NCBI RefSeq assembly: GCF_006345805.1
Contig: NC_043005.1
Location: 50,964,001 to 51,028,000, forward strand
Direction: 5' to 3'
Source: Octopus sinensis
Lineage: Eukaryota
DNA length: 64,000 nt
Shown here: positions 53,040-64,000 of the stretch, piece by piece
How positions within the stretch are numbered: the stretch's first letter is position 1
How the letters are laid out: each line of letters opens with the position of its first letter
The notes under the pieces: model-generated
Told to the model about the DNA's origin: nothing
The model's input: only the letters and a program-made list of their open reading frames with translations
The model's database searches: none
Position numbers and translations under genes: made by a program

Positions 53040-53135
53040 ACTTTTTCAATTCCTGAGCGTTATACTAATACATTTGTTTGTTTTCTACACCACCTGTCTT
53101 CGTCTTTTGTTTTTTTTCGTGAATTCTCCCTATAC

Positions 53136-53217
<82 letters not shown>

Positions 53218-53219
53218 CC

Positions 53220-53835
53220 CGAAAAAGAAGAACAAAGACTAAAAAGAAAAAACAACGCAAGGACGTGGTACATGTAAAGTATTAGCGGACGCTCAGGGAA
53301 GGAAAGAAAGATGGTTTAAAGTTTCGAGCAACGCTCTTCTTCAGAAACAGAGGAAAGTCCAATAGAAAGGAAGACGGGGGAAGAAAATCGTCAACGAATC
53401 ACATGTGGTTACCATTTGAAATGACCGGAAGGGAATGGGTGTAGAAAAAGTTTTTTCTAAACAGGAGAGTGTAAGAGCAGGAGATATGTGTATGTATGTG
53501 TGGGTAAGTGCGTATTCGCAAGCCTGTGTGTTTGTGTGTGTAACAGAACGTGTACGTGTGTATGTGTTGTGTGTGCGATTTTGGCTGTTTATTTGTGTAT
53601 GTGTCAGTGAACTTTGTGTCTTTTAATGAATTCGGCAGCATGGTAACAGGAGTGACGGTCCGTTTTGTAGTTGTGTGTCTCTTCACATGCGCGTAGATGA
53701 ATGGTCAGAAGAAAGGTGTTTGACTGGCAGTTTGAAGTGTGTGCGCGTAAGTATGGGAGAATACTTGGCTCTCAATGTGACCAACAAATAGGTTGGCGTA
53801 ATCGGGGTCCATTCTCGTTCCCATACGAATATGTT
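53220..53835 (-). mobile_element. Internally deleted PLE derivative (RT motif fused to 3' pLTR)
   Basis: Minus strand MGTRMDPDYANLFVGHIESQVFSH (53824-53755) is the PLE RT GxxMGTxMxPxYANLFVGxIE motif; HHR-like motif downstream at 53314-53348. Confidence 0.7.
53314..53348 (-). ncRNA. Minimal hammerhead-like motif (core intact, stem III G to U)
   Basis: GTTT CTGAAGA A GAGC gtt GCTC GAAA C TTT AAAC. Confidence 0.55.
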
Positions 53836-53910
53836 TGTATGTATAAATATAAAGACACACACACACACGCACACACACACATATATATTATATATATATA
53901 TATATTATAT

Positions 53911-54118
53911 ATTCAAAATGTGACCGCGTGTGTACCGTTGGCGATTTTTTTCCTCTGTCTTCCCTTCTCTGGATCTTTCCTTCTCCTATGTTTCCGACGA
54001 AGAGCTCCGCTCGACAGGTTAAACCCTCCTTCTTTCTTTCTTTCCTGAGCGTCCAATAATACTATATTTGTTCCTCGTCCTCGCGTTGTTGTATTTTTTT
54101 GTGCTTTCTTGTTTGGAT

Positions 54119-54166
<48 letters not shown>

Positions 54167-54439
54167 AAAAGCAATTAAGATTCAAGTCGATTCTAATGAA
54201 TTTACTTGAATGCGGTACTTAACTTAGATGCACCAGAAAACTATATGGTGTTAACCATACAGTAATGTGGGGTGATATAAACGAGAAAGAAGCAACAAGA
54301 ATGGATTAGTTTTTAGTACAATTGTTTCATACAAAGACAGGCTTTATTAAAAGTTTGCAAATATTTGCAACTTTTAATAAGCCTGTCTTTGTATGAAACA
54401 ATTGTACTAAAAACTAATCATTCTTGTTGCTTCTTTCTC

Positions 54440-54483
<44 letters not shown>

Positions 54484-54997
54484 AGATATATATATTATAT
54501 ATATATAAGTATATATATAATATATGTATATATATTATGTATAATATATATATATACATATATATATAATATATATATATATATAATATATATCTATATA
54601 TATATGTATATATATATATATGTATGTATATATATGTATATATATCTATATATATATAATATATATATATATATAATATATATATATATAATATATATAT
54701 ATATATACGAGAAAGAAGCAACACAGAATGGATTTTTTTAGTACAATTGTTTCATACAAAGACAGGCTTTATTAAAAGTTGCAAATATTTGCAACTTTTA
54801 ATAAAGCCTGTCTTTGTATGAAACAATTGTACTAAAAACTAATCCATTCTTGTTGCTTCTTTCTCGTTTATAATCACCCCACATTACTGTATGGTTAACA
54901 CCATATAGTTTTCTGGTGCATCTAAGTTAAGTACCGCATTCAAGTAAATTCATTAGAATCGACTTGAATCTTAATTGCTTTATTGTATATATATATA

Positions 54998-55070
<73 letters not shown>

Positions 55071-55276
55071 TAATCCAAACAAGAAAGCACAAAAAAATAC
55101 AACAACGCGAGGACGAGGACAAATATAGTATATTGGACGCTCAGGAAAGAAAGAAAGAAGGAGGGTTTAACCTTTCGAGCGGAGCTCTTCGTCGGAAACA
55201 GGAGAAGGAAAGATCCAGAGAAGGGAAGACAGAGGAAAAAAATCGCCAACGGTACACACGAGGTCACATTTTGAAT
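53911..55276. repeat. About 1.37 kb palindrome centred on (TA)n with two nested 160 bp near-perfect hairpins
   Basis: Arms 53911-54441 and 54707-55276; inner palindromes 54281-54441 and 54707-54867, each centred on TGCAAATATTTGCA. Confidence 0.9.
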
Positions 55277-55320
55277 ATATCTATATATATATATATATAT
55301 TATATATATATATATATATA

Positions 55321-55869
55321 AAACTTAGATATGTTTCGACCAGAGATTGGTCCAGGCCATGTCTAACTTAATAGCACCACCTGATAGGATTATTCGAATC
55401 CTGTTTAAGTCAAGTTTTTTGTCAAGTAGTGAGTTCTTGTTGGGTGAGTTGTATCCAGTTTTGTTCAAGTAGTGAGTTCTTGTTGGGTGAGTTGTATCCA
55501 ATTATGGGTGCTTATCTGGTATTCTTTGAAGGAATCTATCCAGACTCTGTTTGAAGTTGATGGGATCCTTTTCCTCTTTGATCTCCCTCGGGACAATGTT
55601 AAATAGGGCAGGGCCTGTTGAGGAAAAGAAATTATGTTGCACTGTACATGTATGTTGTGATCTTGAATTTGGCAGGGGACGCATAGCCCGTGGTCCAAGT
55701 CTCGGATGAACCTTGAAGCTAATGTTTAGGTCGTTTGGGCAAAGTTGGCGGTATATTTTCCACATCGTACAAATGATGTACCGCTCACGGCGACGCTGGA
55801 GGGAGTAAAGTTTCAAAGCTTTAAGGCGATCCCAATAGTCGAGAGCAGCCATGCCTTCAATTTGTTTAG
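55321..55869 (-). mobile_element. CR1-clade LINE 3' end
   Basis: LDYWDRLKALKLYSLQRRRERYIICTMWKI...GPALFNIVP..FKQSLDRFLQRIPDKHP; 36 bp tandem duplication at 55422-55457/55465-55500; terminal stem-loop GACCAATCTCTGGTC before a (TA) tail. Confidence 0.85.
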
Positions 55870-56125
55870 TGAGAGCCAAGTATTCTCCCATACTTACGCG
55901 CACACACTTCAAACTGCCAGTCAAACACCTTTCTTCTGACCATTCATCTACGCGCATGTGAAGAGACACACAACTACAAAACGGACCGTCACTCCTGTTA
56001 CCATGCTGCCGAATTCATTAAAAGACACAAAGTTCACTGACACATACACAAATAAACAGCCAAAATCGCACACACACCACACACACAACACATACACACG
56101 TACACGTTCTGTTACCACACAAACA
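55870..56125 (+). mobile_element. Inverted copy of the 53530-53773 PLE-derived segment
   Basis: GAGAGCCAAGTATTCTCCC...CGTTCTGTTAC is the near-exact reverse complement of 53530-53773. Confidence 0.8.
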
Positions 56126-56165
56126 CACATGTATATATATATACATATAGATATATATATACATG

Positions 56166-56220
<55 letters not shown>

Positions 56221-56769
56221 GTATATATAACATATAGATACGTGTATATATATGTATATACAACACATATGTGTATATATAATATAATATATATCTACAT
56301 ATATATATATATATATGTGTATTATATATATATATATATGTGTGGTGTATATATATTATATATATTATATATATATATACACACATACATTCATATGTAT
56401 ATAACGATATATAACTAAAATTCATTTTAGTCCCTTGTATTTCAATTTTTTCTTGTCCTAATATGAAAATGTTCCTTCATATCGACCACTTTGCTAACAA
56501 AATATTATTTAACAAAGATTTGGTAGCTAACTTCTTTTCTTCTCGAGCCGCTTGTTACGCTGGTAATGGGGAAATCAAGGGAAAGACATGGGCACAGGAG
56601 GAATACATGCATGTGTTCGTGTCTGTATGTGTGTGTGTGTGTATGTGTGTGTGTGTGTGTGTGTGGTGTGTGTGTGTGTGTGTGTGTGTTTGAGTGTGTG
56701 AGAGGGTGCTCTTCGCCGAGTGTCTGTGAAAAAATTAGAGTGCTCAGAGTTAGCCCCGCCGGCTTGCAT

Positions 56770-56935
56770 ACGAAAAGCATACGACGGGCTTTTTTCAGTT
56801 CCAGTCTACAAAATCCACTCGCAAGGTTCTGGTCGGTCCGAAGTTATAGTAGAAGACATTTTCCCAAGGTGCCACACAGTTGGCCTCAACCTGGAACCAT
56901 GTGGCTGGGGAGCAAACTTCTTAACACCCTGCCAC
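56770..56935 (-). mobile_element. SINE family D head
   Basis: Reverse complement of GGCAGGGTGTTAAGAAGTTTGCTCCCCAGCCACATGGTTCCAGGTTG...GGAAAATGTCTTCTACTATA. Confidence 0.65.
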
Positions 56936-57476
56936 GCAGACTTTTCGTCACAGGAAAACAACTGTGATGAATTTATACAATTCCAATAACGACAAGCATG
57001 GACAGCAATGTAGTTTTCTGGAGCTTTTTAGACTTTCCCATTCACTAATTTGCTGCTTACATAGAACATTGCCAAATGGTTTGCTTCACTCAAAGCAACT
57101 GCTTTTCTGCCAGCACACAGTCCAAGAAATATAACGCTTACTGCTATTTTCAGTGAAATCTAAGTATGGAAGATCACTCTGTTGAAGGCTAAAAACATGA
57201 AGTTTGGCCTTATTCTTGGAAACGAATATGTTGTATTAGTGTACAGAGAGTGAGAGAGAGAAAGATGAGTATTCAAAAGAATGGTGAGAAATAGGTAAAA
57301 TTTGACTCATTCTTTCAGCTCTCCTGTTCCTTCACTGCACATCTGACAAATACTGGTCTTTTTGCTTTCCTTCTTGCTATCTTTCTCCTTGCTTCTCTCT
57401 TTTTTGTCTCTCTCAATCTTTCTGTCTTTATCTATTTCTCCTTCTCCACCGCTCTCTCTCTCTTCCTCTCTCCCCC

Positions 57477-57518
<42 letters not shown>

Positions 57519-58579
57519 CTCTCTTCTCTTTCTCTAGCCAACTAGAAAACTTTCTATATTGTCGCTCGACTACGCAGAAAAAATATCCTTGTTGACTTGA
57601 GGCGATGTAATTTTCTTAGCATCAAACTTTTCCCCCAAAAGGAAGAACAGCATTGTATACCTTGCTGATGTATCCACTATCAACATATCTACTAGCTATC
57701 TGGACATGCATTACATTTCTTCAAAAATCGTCTGCACCAACACAACTGTTCGTTTCATTATCACCAATCGAGAAACACCTCAGCATTTTCAGAGCACATT
57801 TGGAAAATTAGGACTGTCTTATATGAACCACATGAATTTAAGGTAATATTAAAACCATGTAGCTCATGTCTCGCAGAGAAATTCTACATTATTCGTCATC
57901 TTAGGTAAATCTTAATCTGAATGGCTGATTTTCTATTTACCCGTATTCTTCCCTGAGAATTTCAAAGAAAACATTTTCTCCATAACACATAGCAAATGAC
58001 AACCGATAACCTACACTGCTTGCAAAGTCTAATTATCGCCTTACTTCTAAAACCACTCACATATGCATTTCACTAAGGGAGTAAGCTCACATTTTCTTTT
58101 TGTGTGCAGAGAGCTCAGGGTTACATTATTCAACGTGGCTTTTTCTCAGACGGTAAAGTGTAATTTGGAGTTGTTTGACTACTACATTTAGCTGGCTTAC
58201 TAACTACGGAGAAGCTACATTGCTATCTCGCCTTACAAGCTGTTGTTTCACTCATGTGGATTTTACTTGCTGATGCTGAAGTGGTTCTGTGCTGTGGTTA
58301 TATATGTGTGTGTTTATGACAAATAGAACCCAAACTAAAATAAAACGATTTAATGTTGTCTGGTAGCAGAGTAAGATGAAATTTATTAAATTGTCAATGT
58401 TGACAATCTAATGTCTAGAACGAGACAAGCTTGTCAACATTCGATTTAATGAATTATCTGTGGTGTATGTTCAAAGGTATGTGTGTGTGTATATGTATGT
58501 GAGTGTGTGTTTGTGTGTGTATGTATATGTATGTGAGTGTGTGTTTGTGTGTGTATGTCTATTATATTAAGTGATAATT

Positions 58580-58615
58580 TTGCTACTGTTACTATTACTA
58601 CTTGTGCTGCTATTA

Positions 58616-58655
<40 letters not shown>

Positions 58656-58858
58656 GGCTGCTACTGCTGCTGCTGCTACTGTTACTACTACTACTACTAT
58701 TACTACTACTACTACTACTACTACTGCTGCTGCTGCGGCTGCTGCTGCTGCGGCTGCTACTGCTGCTGCTGCTACTGTTACTACTACTACTATTACTACT
58801 ACTACTACTACTACTACTGATGCTGCGGCTGCTACTGCTGCTGCTGCTACTGTTACTA

Positions 58859-58898
<40 letters not shown>

Positions 58899-59169
58899 GA
58901 TGCTGCTGCTGCTGCTACTACTACTACTGCTGCTGCTGCTGTTGCTACTGCTGCTGCTACTGCTGCTACTACTACTGCTGCTACTACTACTACTTCTACT
59001 ACTGCTTGTGCTGCTGCTGCTACTACTACTACTGCTGCTGCTGCTGCTGTTGCTACTGCTGCTACTACTACTACTTCTACTACAGCTTGAGCTGCAGCTG
59101 CTGCTATTACTACTACGCCTACTACTACTATTAGTACTGCTGCTGCTACTACCACTGCTAGTGCTGTTG

Positions 59170-59218
<49 letters not shown>

Positions 59219-59500
59219 TACTACTACTACTACTGATATTACTACTGCTACTACCACCATCACTACAACTACCACCACAAATACTACCACTGCTACTACT
59301 ACTACTACTACCACCACTACTACTACCACCACCACTACTACTACCATCACCACTACTACTACCACCACCACTACTACTACCACCACTACTACTACCACTG
59401 CAACTGCTTCTGCTGCTGCTCTTTGGTAGTGTTGCAGTTACTGCTGCAGTTGTTACTCAGCTGCAGCTGAATTGCAGTTGCTGTCAGTGAATCGCTTCAA
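58580..59500. repeat. Mixed (CTA)n/(CTG)n/(CCA)n trinucleotide array
   Basis: Long low-complexity run; the poly-L/T/A/V ORFs in the track are artefacts of it. Confidence 0.95.
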
Positions 59501-59712
59501 TTGTTGATATTACTGTTGCTGTTGCTGCAGCTGCAATTTCTGCATTTTTTTCTTGCTTTTTTTCTTCTTCTCTAGTTCCTTATTTATTTGTGATGTCTGC
59601 TTTTGTTGTTTTGTGGCCGCTATTATTCTCGCTGCCGGTGTTGTTATTGTCAATGTTGCTGTCGTTGTGTTGCTGCTGCTGCTGCTGCTGCTGTTGTTGT
59701 TGTTGTTGTTGC

Positions 59713-59751
<39 letters not shown>

Positions 59752-60189
59752 CGTCGTCGTCGTCGTCGTCGTCGTTGTTTGTTGTTTGCCTTCCAACTAA
59801 GAATTGGTCCAGTAGACAGACTTAATGGTCAAAAGTATTCCAGCCGTGTAACTTTTCCTCTGCCTTTTCCTCTGTGTGAGGAAACCGAGGACTTACATTA
59901 TTCAATGCGTCCCATTTCTCTTTAAGACGAAAAGGAGACGTAGTTGCTATTTCTAGCAGGTCGAGTGACCGCGTAGAAGAAGCTTTGTCGTTAGCTCGTC
60001 AATTGCAGCTATGTTGTTGTTGTTGTTATTGTTATTGTTGTTGTTGTTGTTGTTGTTGTTGATGATGTCGTTGCTGTTTCCTGCTTCTCTTCTTACTGCT
60101 GTAGTTTTAATCTTTATTTATTTATTTTGGTTTGTTTTTTTTTCCTGCTGTTATCGTTGCTGCTTTTGTTAACTATTTTCTTCGCTTCT

Positions 60190-60820
60190 GCGTCGCCATC
60201 GACGCCATCATCAACATCGTCGCCATCGACGCCATCATCAACATCGTCCCGATCGACGCCATCATCAACATCGTCGCCATCGACGCCATCATCAACATCG
60301 TTGCCATCGACGCCATCATCAACATCGTCGCCATCATCAACATCGTCGCCATCATAAACATCGTCGCCATCATCAACATCGTCGCCGCTGTCGCCATCGT
60401 CGCCATCATCAACATCATTGCTATCGTCGCCATCATCAACATCGTCGCCATCGACGCCATCATCAACATTGTTGCCATCGACGCCATCATCAACATCGTT
60501 GCCATCGACGCCATCATCAACATCGTCGCCATCGACACCATCATCAACATCGTCACCGCTGTCGCCATCGTCGCCATCATCAACATCGTCGCCGCTGTCG
60601 CCATCGACGCCATCATCAACATCGTCGCCATCATCAACATCGTCGCCATCATCAACATCGTTGCCGCTGTCACCATCGACGCCATCATCAACATCGTCGC
60701 CATCATCAACATCGTTGCCGCTATCGCCATCGACGCCATCATCAACATCGTCGCCATCATCAACATCGACGCCATCATCAACATCGTCGCCATCGACGCC
60801 ATCATCAACATCGTCGTCGT
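60190..60820. repeat. Modular minisatellite built from 9-nt units
   Basis: Shuffled CATCGTCGC, CATCGACGC and CATCATCAA modules. Confidence 0.9.
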
Positions 60821-60955
60821 CGTTCTTGTTGTAAATTCAGTTGTTTATTCTGGTGTGAGGCTGTAGTCTCTGCTGCAGCTATGTTTTTGTATTCACTTAT
60901 TTATTTATTTATTTATCCAACTATTTATTTATTTATTTATTTATTATCCAACTAT

Positions 60956-60990
<35 letters not shown>

Positions 60991-61446
60991 TCTATTTATT
61001 TATATATTTGTTGTTACTATTAATGCTACAGGTACAGCTATAGGGCTTCCGCTAGTTATGATGTCGTTGTTAATGTTGCTGCTGTTGCTCCTGATAACGA
61101 TGATGGTGCTGGAGATGATGATGCTGTTGCTGTTCTCATTTTTATTGTTTATTTCCGTTGTTATTCTTATGGTCATCTCTTAATGCAGTTACAGTTACAG
61201 TTTTGTTGATGCTTTGGTCTCGTTGTTGTTGTTGTTGCTACTACTGCTGCTGCTGCTGCTGTTGTTGTTGTCGTCGTTGTTGTTTTAATGCTTCTACTCC
61301 TGTGGAGGTCGTTACTATGGTTTCTCTTGTTGCTATCGTTACTGACGTTGCTGCATGTTCTTGTTAGAACAGCTTATGTTTGCTTGTCAACAATGTCTTG
61401 TTATTCCTTGTTATTGTTATTGTTATTATTACTATTATTACTTTTG

Positions 61447-62480
61447 AAGGCGGCGAGCTGGCAGAAACGTTAGCACGCCGGGCGAAATGCTTAGCAGTAT
61501 TTCGTCTGCCGCTACGTTCTGAGTTCAAATTTCGCCGAGGTCGACTTTGCCTTTCATCCTTTCGGGGTCGATAAATTAAGTACCAGTTACGCACTGGGAT
61601 CGATGTAATCGACTTAATCCATTTGTCTGTCCTTGTTTGTCCTCTCTGTGTTTAGCCCCTTGTGGGTAGTAAAGAAATAGGTATTTCGCCTGCTGCTACG
61701 TTCTGAGTTCAAATTCCGCCGAGGTCGACTTTGCCTTTCATCCTTTCCGGGTCGATTAAATAAGTACCAGTTACGCACTGGAGTCGATATAATCGACTTG
61801 ATCCGTTTGTCTGTCCTTGTTTGTCCTCTCTGTGTTTAGCCCCTTGCGGGTAGTAAAGAAAAAGGTATTTCGTCTGCCGCTACGTTCTGAGTTCAAATTC
61901 CGCCGAGGTCGATCTTGCTTTTCATCTTTTCGGGGTCGATAAAATAAGTATCAGTTGAGTACTGGGGTCGATGTAATCGACTGGCCCCCTTCCTCCAAGC
62001 TTCAGGCCTTATACCTATAGAAGAAAGGATTATTATGCCCTTTTCGGGAGCGTTAGTACACCGGACAAAATGCTTAGGACATTTCGTCTGTTGTTTAAGC
62101 TCTGAGTTTAAATTCCACTGAGGTCGACTTTGCCTTTCATTCTGTCGGGGTCGATGATAAAATAAGTACCCATTGAGAACTGGGGTCGAGATAAATGACT
62201 TACCCCACCCCTATAATTACTAGGCTTGTGCGAAAATTTAAAGCCCTTACTACTGTGCCTTTTTAAGGAGGCGAGCTGGCAGGGTCGTTAGCGCACTGGA
62301 AATAAAGGTTTTGCGGCTTTTCGTCTGTCATTAATCTCAATCTCCACTGATGCTGACTTTGCATTTTATCTTTTCGGGATCAACAAAATAAGTACCAGTC
62401 AACTACTGGGATCGATGTAATCGACTAACCCCTCCCCTCAGAAACTTCTGGCCCTGTGCCAAAATTTGAAACCATTACTA
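61447..62480 (+). mobile_element. SINE family A with three internal tandem units plus two further copies
   Basis: Head at 61447; about 185 bp unit repeated with junction AAAGAAATAG|GTATTTCG; further copies near 62040 and 62265. Confidence 0.85.
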
Positions 62481-62536
62481 CTATGCCTTTTGCAAGCATT
62501 TTATAATATTCCAGTTGTATTACTGTAGTAGCAGAT

Positions 62537-62860
62537 GGCGCATAGCTCAGTGGTTTGAGCGTCGGGCTCACTATCATGAGGTAGTGAGTTCAGTTCCCGG
62601 ATCAGGCTGTGTGTTGTCTTCTTGAGCAAGACATTTTATTTCACGTTGCTGCAGTTCACCCAGCTGTAGAAACGAGTTGCAACGTCACTGATGCCAAACT
62701 GTATCGGCTTTTACCTTTCCCTTGGATAACATCGGTGTTGCGTAGAAGGGAGGCGGGTACATATGGCAACTGTTGCTCTTCCATAAACAACCTTGTCCGG
62801 ACTTGTGCCTCGGAGGGTTACTTTCTAGATGCAATCCATGGTCATTCCCCAAGGAGGTCT
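62537..62860 (+). mobile_element. tRNA-derived SINE family C
   Basis: GGCGCATAGCTCAGTGG (A box)...GAGTTCAGTTCCC (B box); core TTGAGCAAGACATTTTATTTCACGTTGC. Confidence 0.8.
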
Positions 62861-63234
62861 TTAACCTGTATTTTGGGGAGTAGTCGTGGAGTATTGTACA
62901 CTCCCGTGTCAGCCTTGATCTGGCAAATCATAGATCGTACCCATCCTGTCATTATTCATATACAGTGTGAATGTCTAACTAGTCCTACTATACCCAATGT
63001 GCCCTTCAGGTTTTAAGAAGATTGGGCATGATTTCAGAAAAGTTGGACTGCTATTTTTCGTCGGCCGAGCGATTACATTTTGGAAGTCATTGACGATTTT
63101 GCTAGTATCACTGAAATTGTTGTTGTTGTTGTTGTTGTTGTCATTACTGCCTACTGTCATTGTTTTATCTTTTATCTTTAATCTTTCACTTGTTTCAGTT
63201 ATTGGAGTGCGGCCATGCTGGGGCACCACCTTGA

Positions 63235-63370
63235 AGGATTTTAGCCGAACAAATCAACCCCAGTACTTCTTAACTTTTAAGCCTGGCACTAATTTTATCG
63301 GCTCTCTTTTTTCCGAACCGCTAAGTCACAACACTGGTTGTCAAACGGCGGTGCGAGACAAACACTGACA
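63235..63370 (-). mobile_element. SINE family D tail fragment
   Basis: GGCCATGCTGGGGCACCACCTTGAAGG...CCGAACCGCTAAG matches the family D tail in reverse. Confidence 0.65.
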
Positions 63371-63373
63371 CAG

Positions 63374-63413
<40 letters not shown>

Positions 63414-63439
63414 CACAGGAATCGACCCATGGTAAATTG

Positions 63440-63650
63440 TGATATGGCTATTGTTCACAACAGAACATATGCAATATGTGGAAAGGTGTGCCTTTCATTT
63501 GGAGGATTGAAAAGGCATGACGAAAGAATTCATACTGTGGCACCTGTTTCTTCTGCCAGCCTGCACAGCCGAGCATTATGTAATAGAATGGGAAAAAACT
63601 TTCGCTGGGCTCAAGAGTCATACAAGAACCTCACATTGCATCAACATTGA
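63440..63650 (+). mobile_element. Probable RTE-type LINE C-terminal twin zinc-finger remnant
   Basis: YAICGKVCLSFGGLKRHDERIHT, then after a frameshift CNRMGKTFAGLKSHTRTSH. Confidence 0.5.
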
Positions 63651-64000
63651 CTCAGTTCAATGATTCTTTCTAGTAATGACTCTAAAACACTTAAAAAGTT
63701 AAGTAAGAAATGATTAGAACATTTGGCTTCTGACAATACGGAAAAGTTAAGTAACATTTATATAACTCAGACAAAGGTCCTTTTATCAGAAGTCAAAGGG
63801 TTAAAGAAATGTAATGTCATATGGATTACCATACGGGGTAGTTTATGTAAATCTATATTTCTCTACGCGATTCACATTTGATGATGGGTCTTATAAAATG
63901 AAAATGAAAGTTACTTAATTTTCCCTTTTCGAACTGTCAGAAGCTTTCCGTCTTCAATATTAATTTTTCACTTCTGTATCACAACGCTTCAAGCAAGCCA

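Noticed and set aside
55325-55365. GACCA-atctc-TGGTC-GAAAC resembling hammerhead stem II plus GAAA
   Set aside because: No CUGANGA core; position fits the CR1 3' terminal stem-loop.
58537-59490. 317 aa and other long ORFs; also the many YI/CV/HT-rich ORFs across the window
   Set aside because: Translations of di- and trinucleotide microsatellites with no evidence of coding.
61490-62030. Regular repeats that might suggest a CRISPR-like array
   Set aside because: Units are about 185 bp SINE bodies without unique spacers, in a eukaryotic context.

Overview
AT-rich, microsatellite-saturated eukaryotic DNA with no confidently identifiable intact host protein-coding gene and no CRISPR array or prokaryotic features. 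The SINE families and (TA)n/(CA)n/(AAT)n load suggest a cephalopod (Octopus-like) genome; this is inference from memory, not a database result. Nearly all recognisable content is mobile DNA. It includes four Tc1/mariner types (DD37D maT, DD36E Tc1-like, two mariners), a cryptic decayed Helitron RepHel (about 29.1-34.2 kb), R4/Dong RLE retrotransposons sitting in (AAT)n, CR1 and RTE 3' ends, several tRNA-derived SINE families, a 5S rRNA pseudogene and foldback MITEs. The most striking signal is a set of Penelope-like (PLE) derived pieces carrying minimal type I hammerhead ribozyme (HHR) motifs. Five have perfect catalytic cores (20604+, 34707-, 36496+, 49759-, 51311-), and several variants show covarying stems (6723-, 53004+, 53314-, 53990+, 55165-). 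One HHR sits at the tail of a tRNA-headed element whose internal (AAT)n tract has been colonised by Dong/R4 insertions, and one fragment begins exactly at a predicted HHR cleavage site. All ribozyme calls were folded by eye and need covariance-model and biochemical confirmation. Small indels in homopolymers suggest unpolished long-read sequence, so palindromes and tandem duplications need read-level validation.
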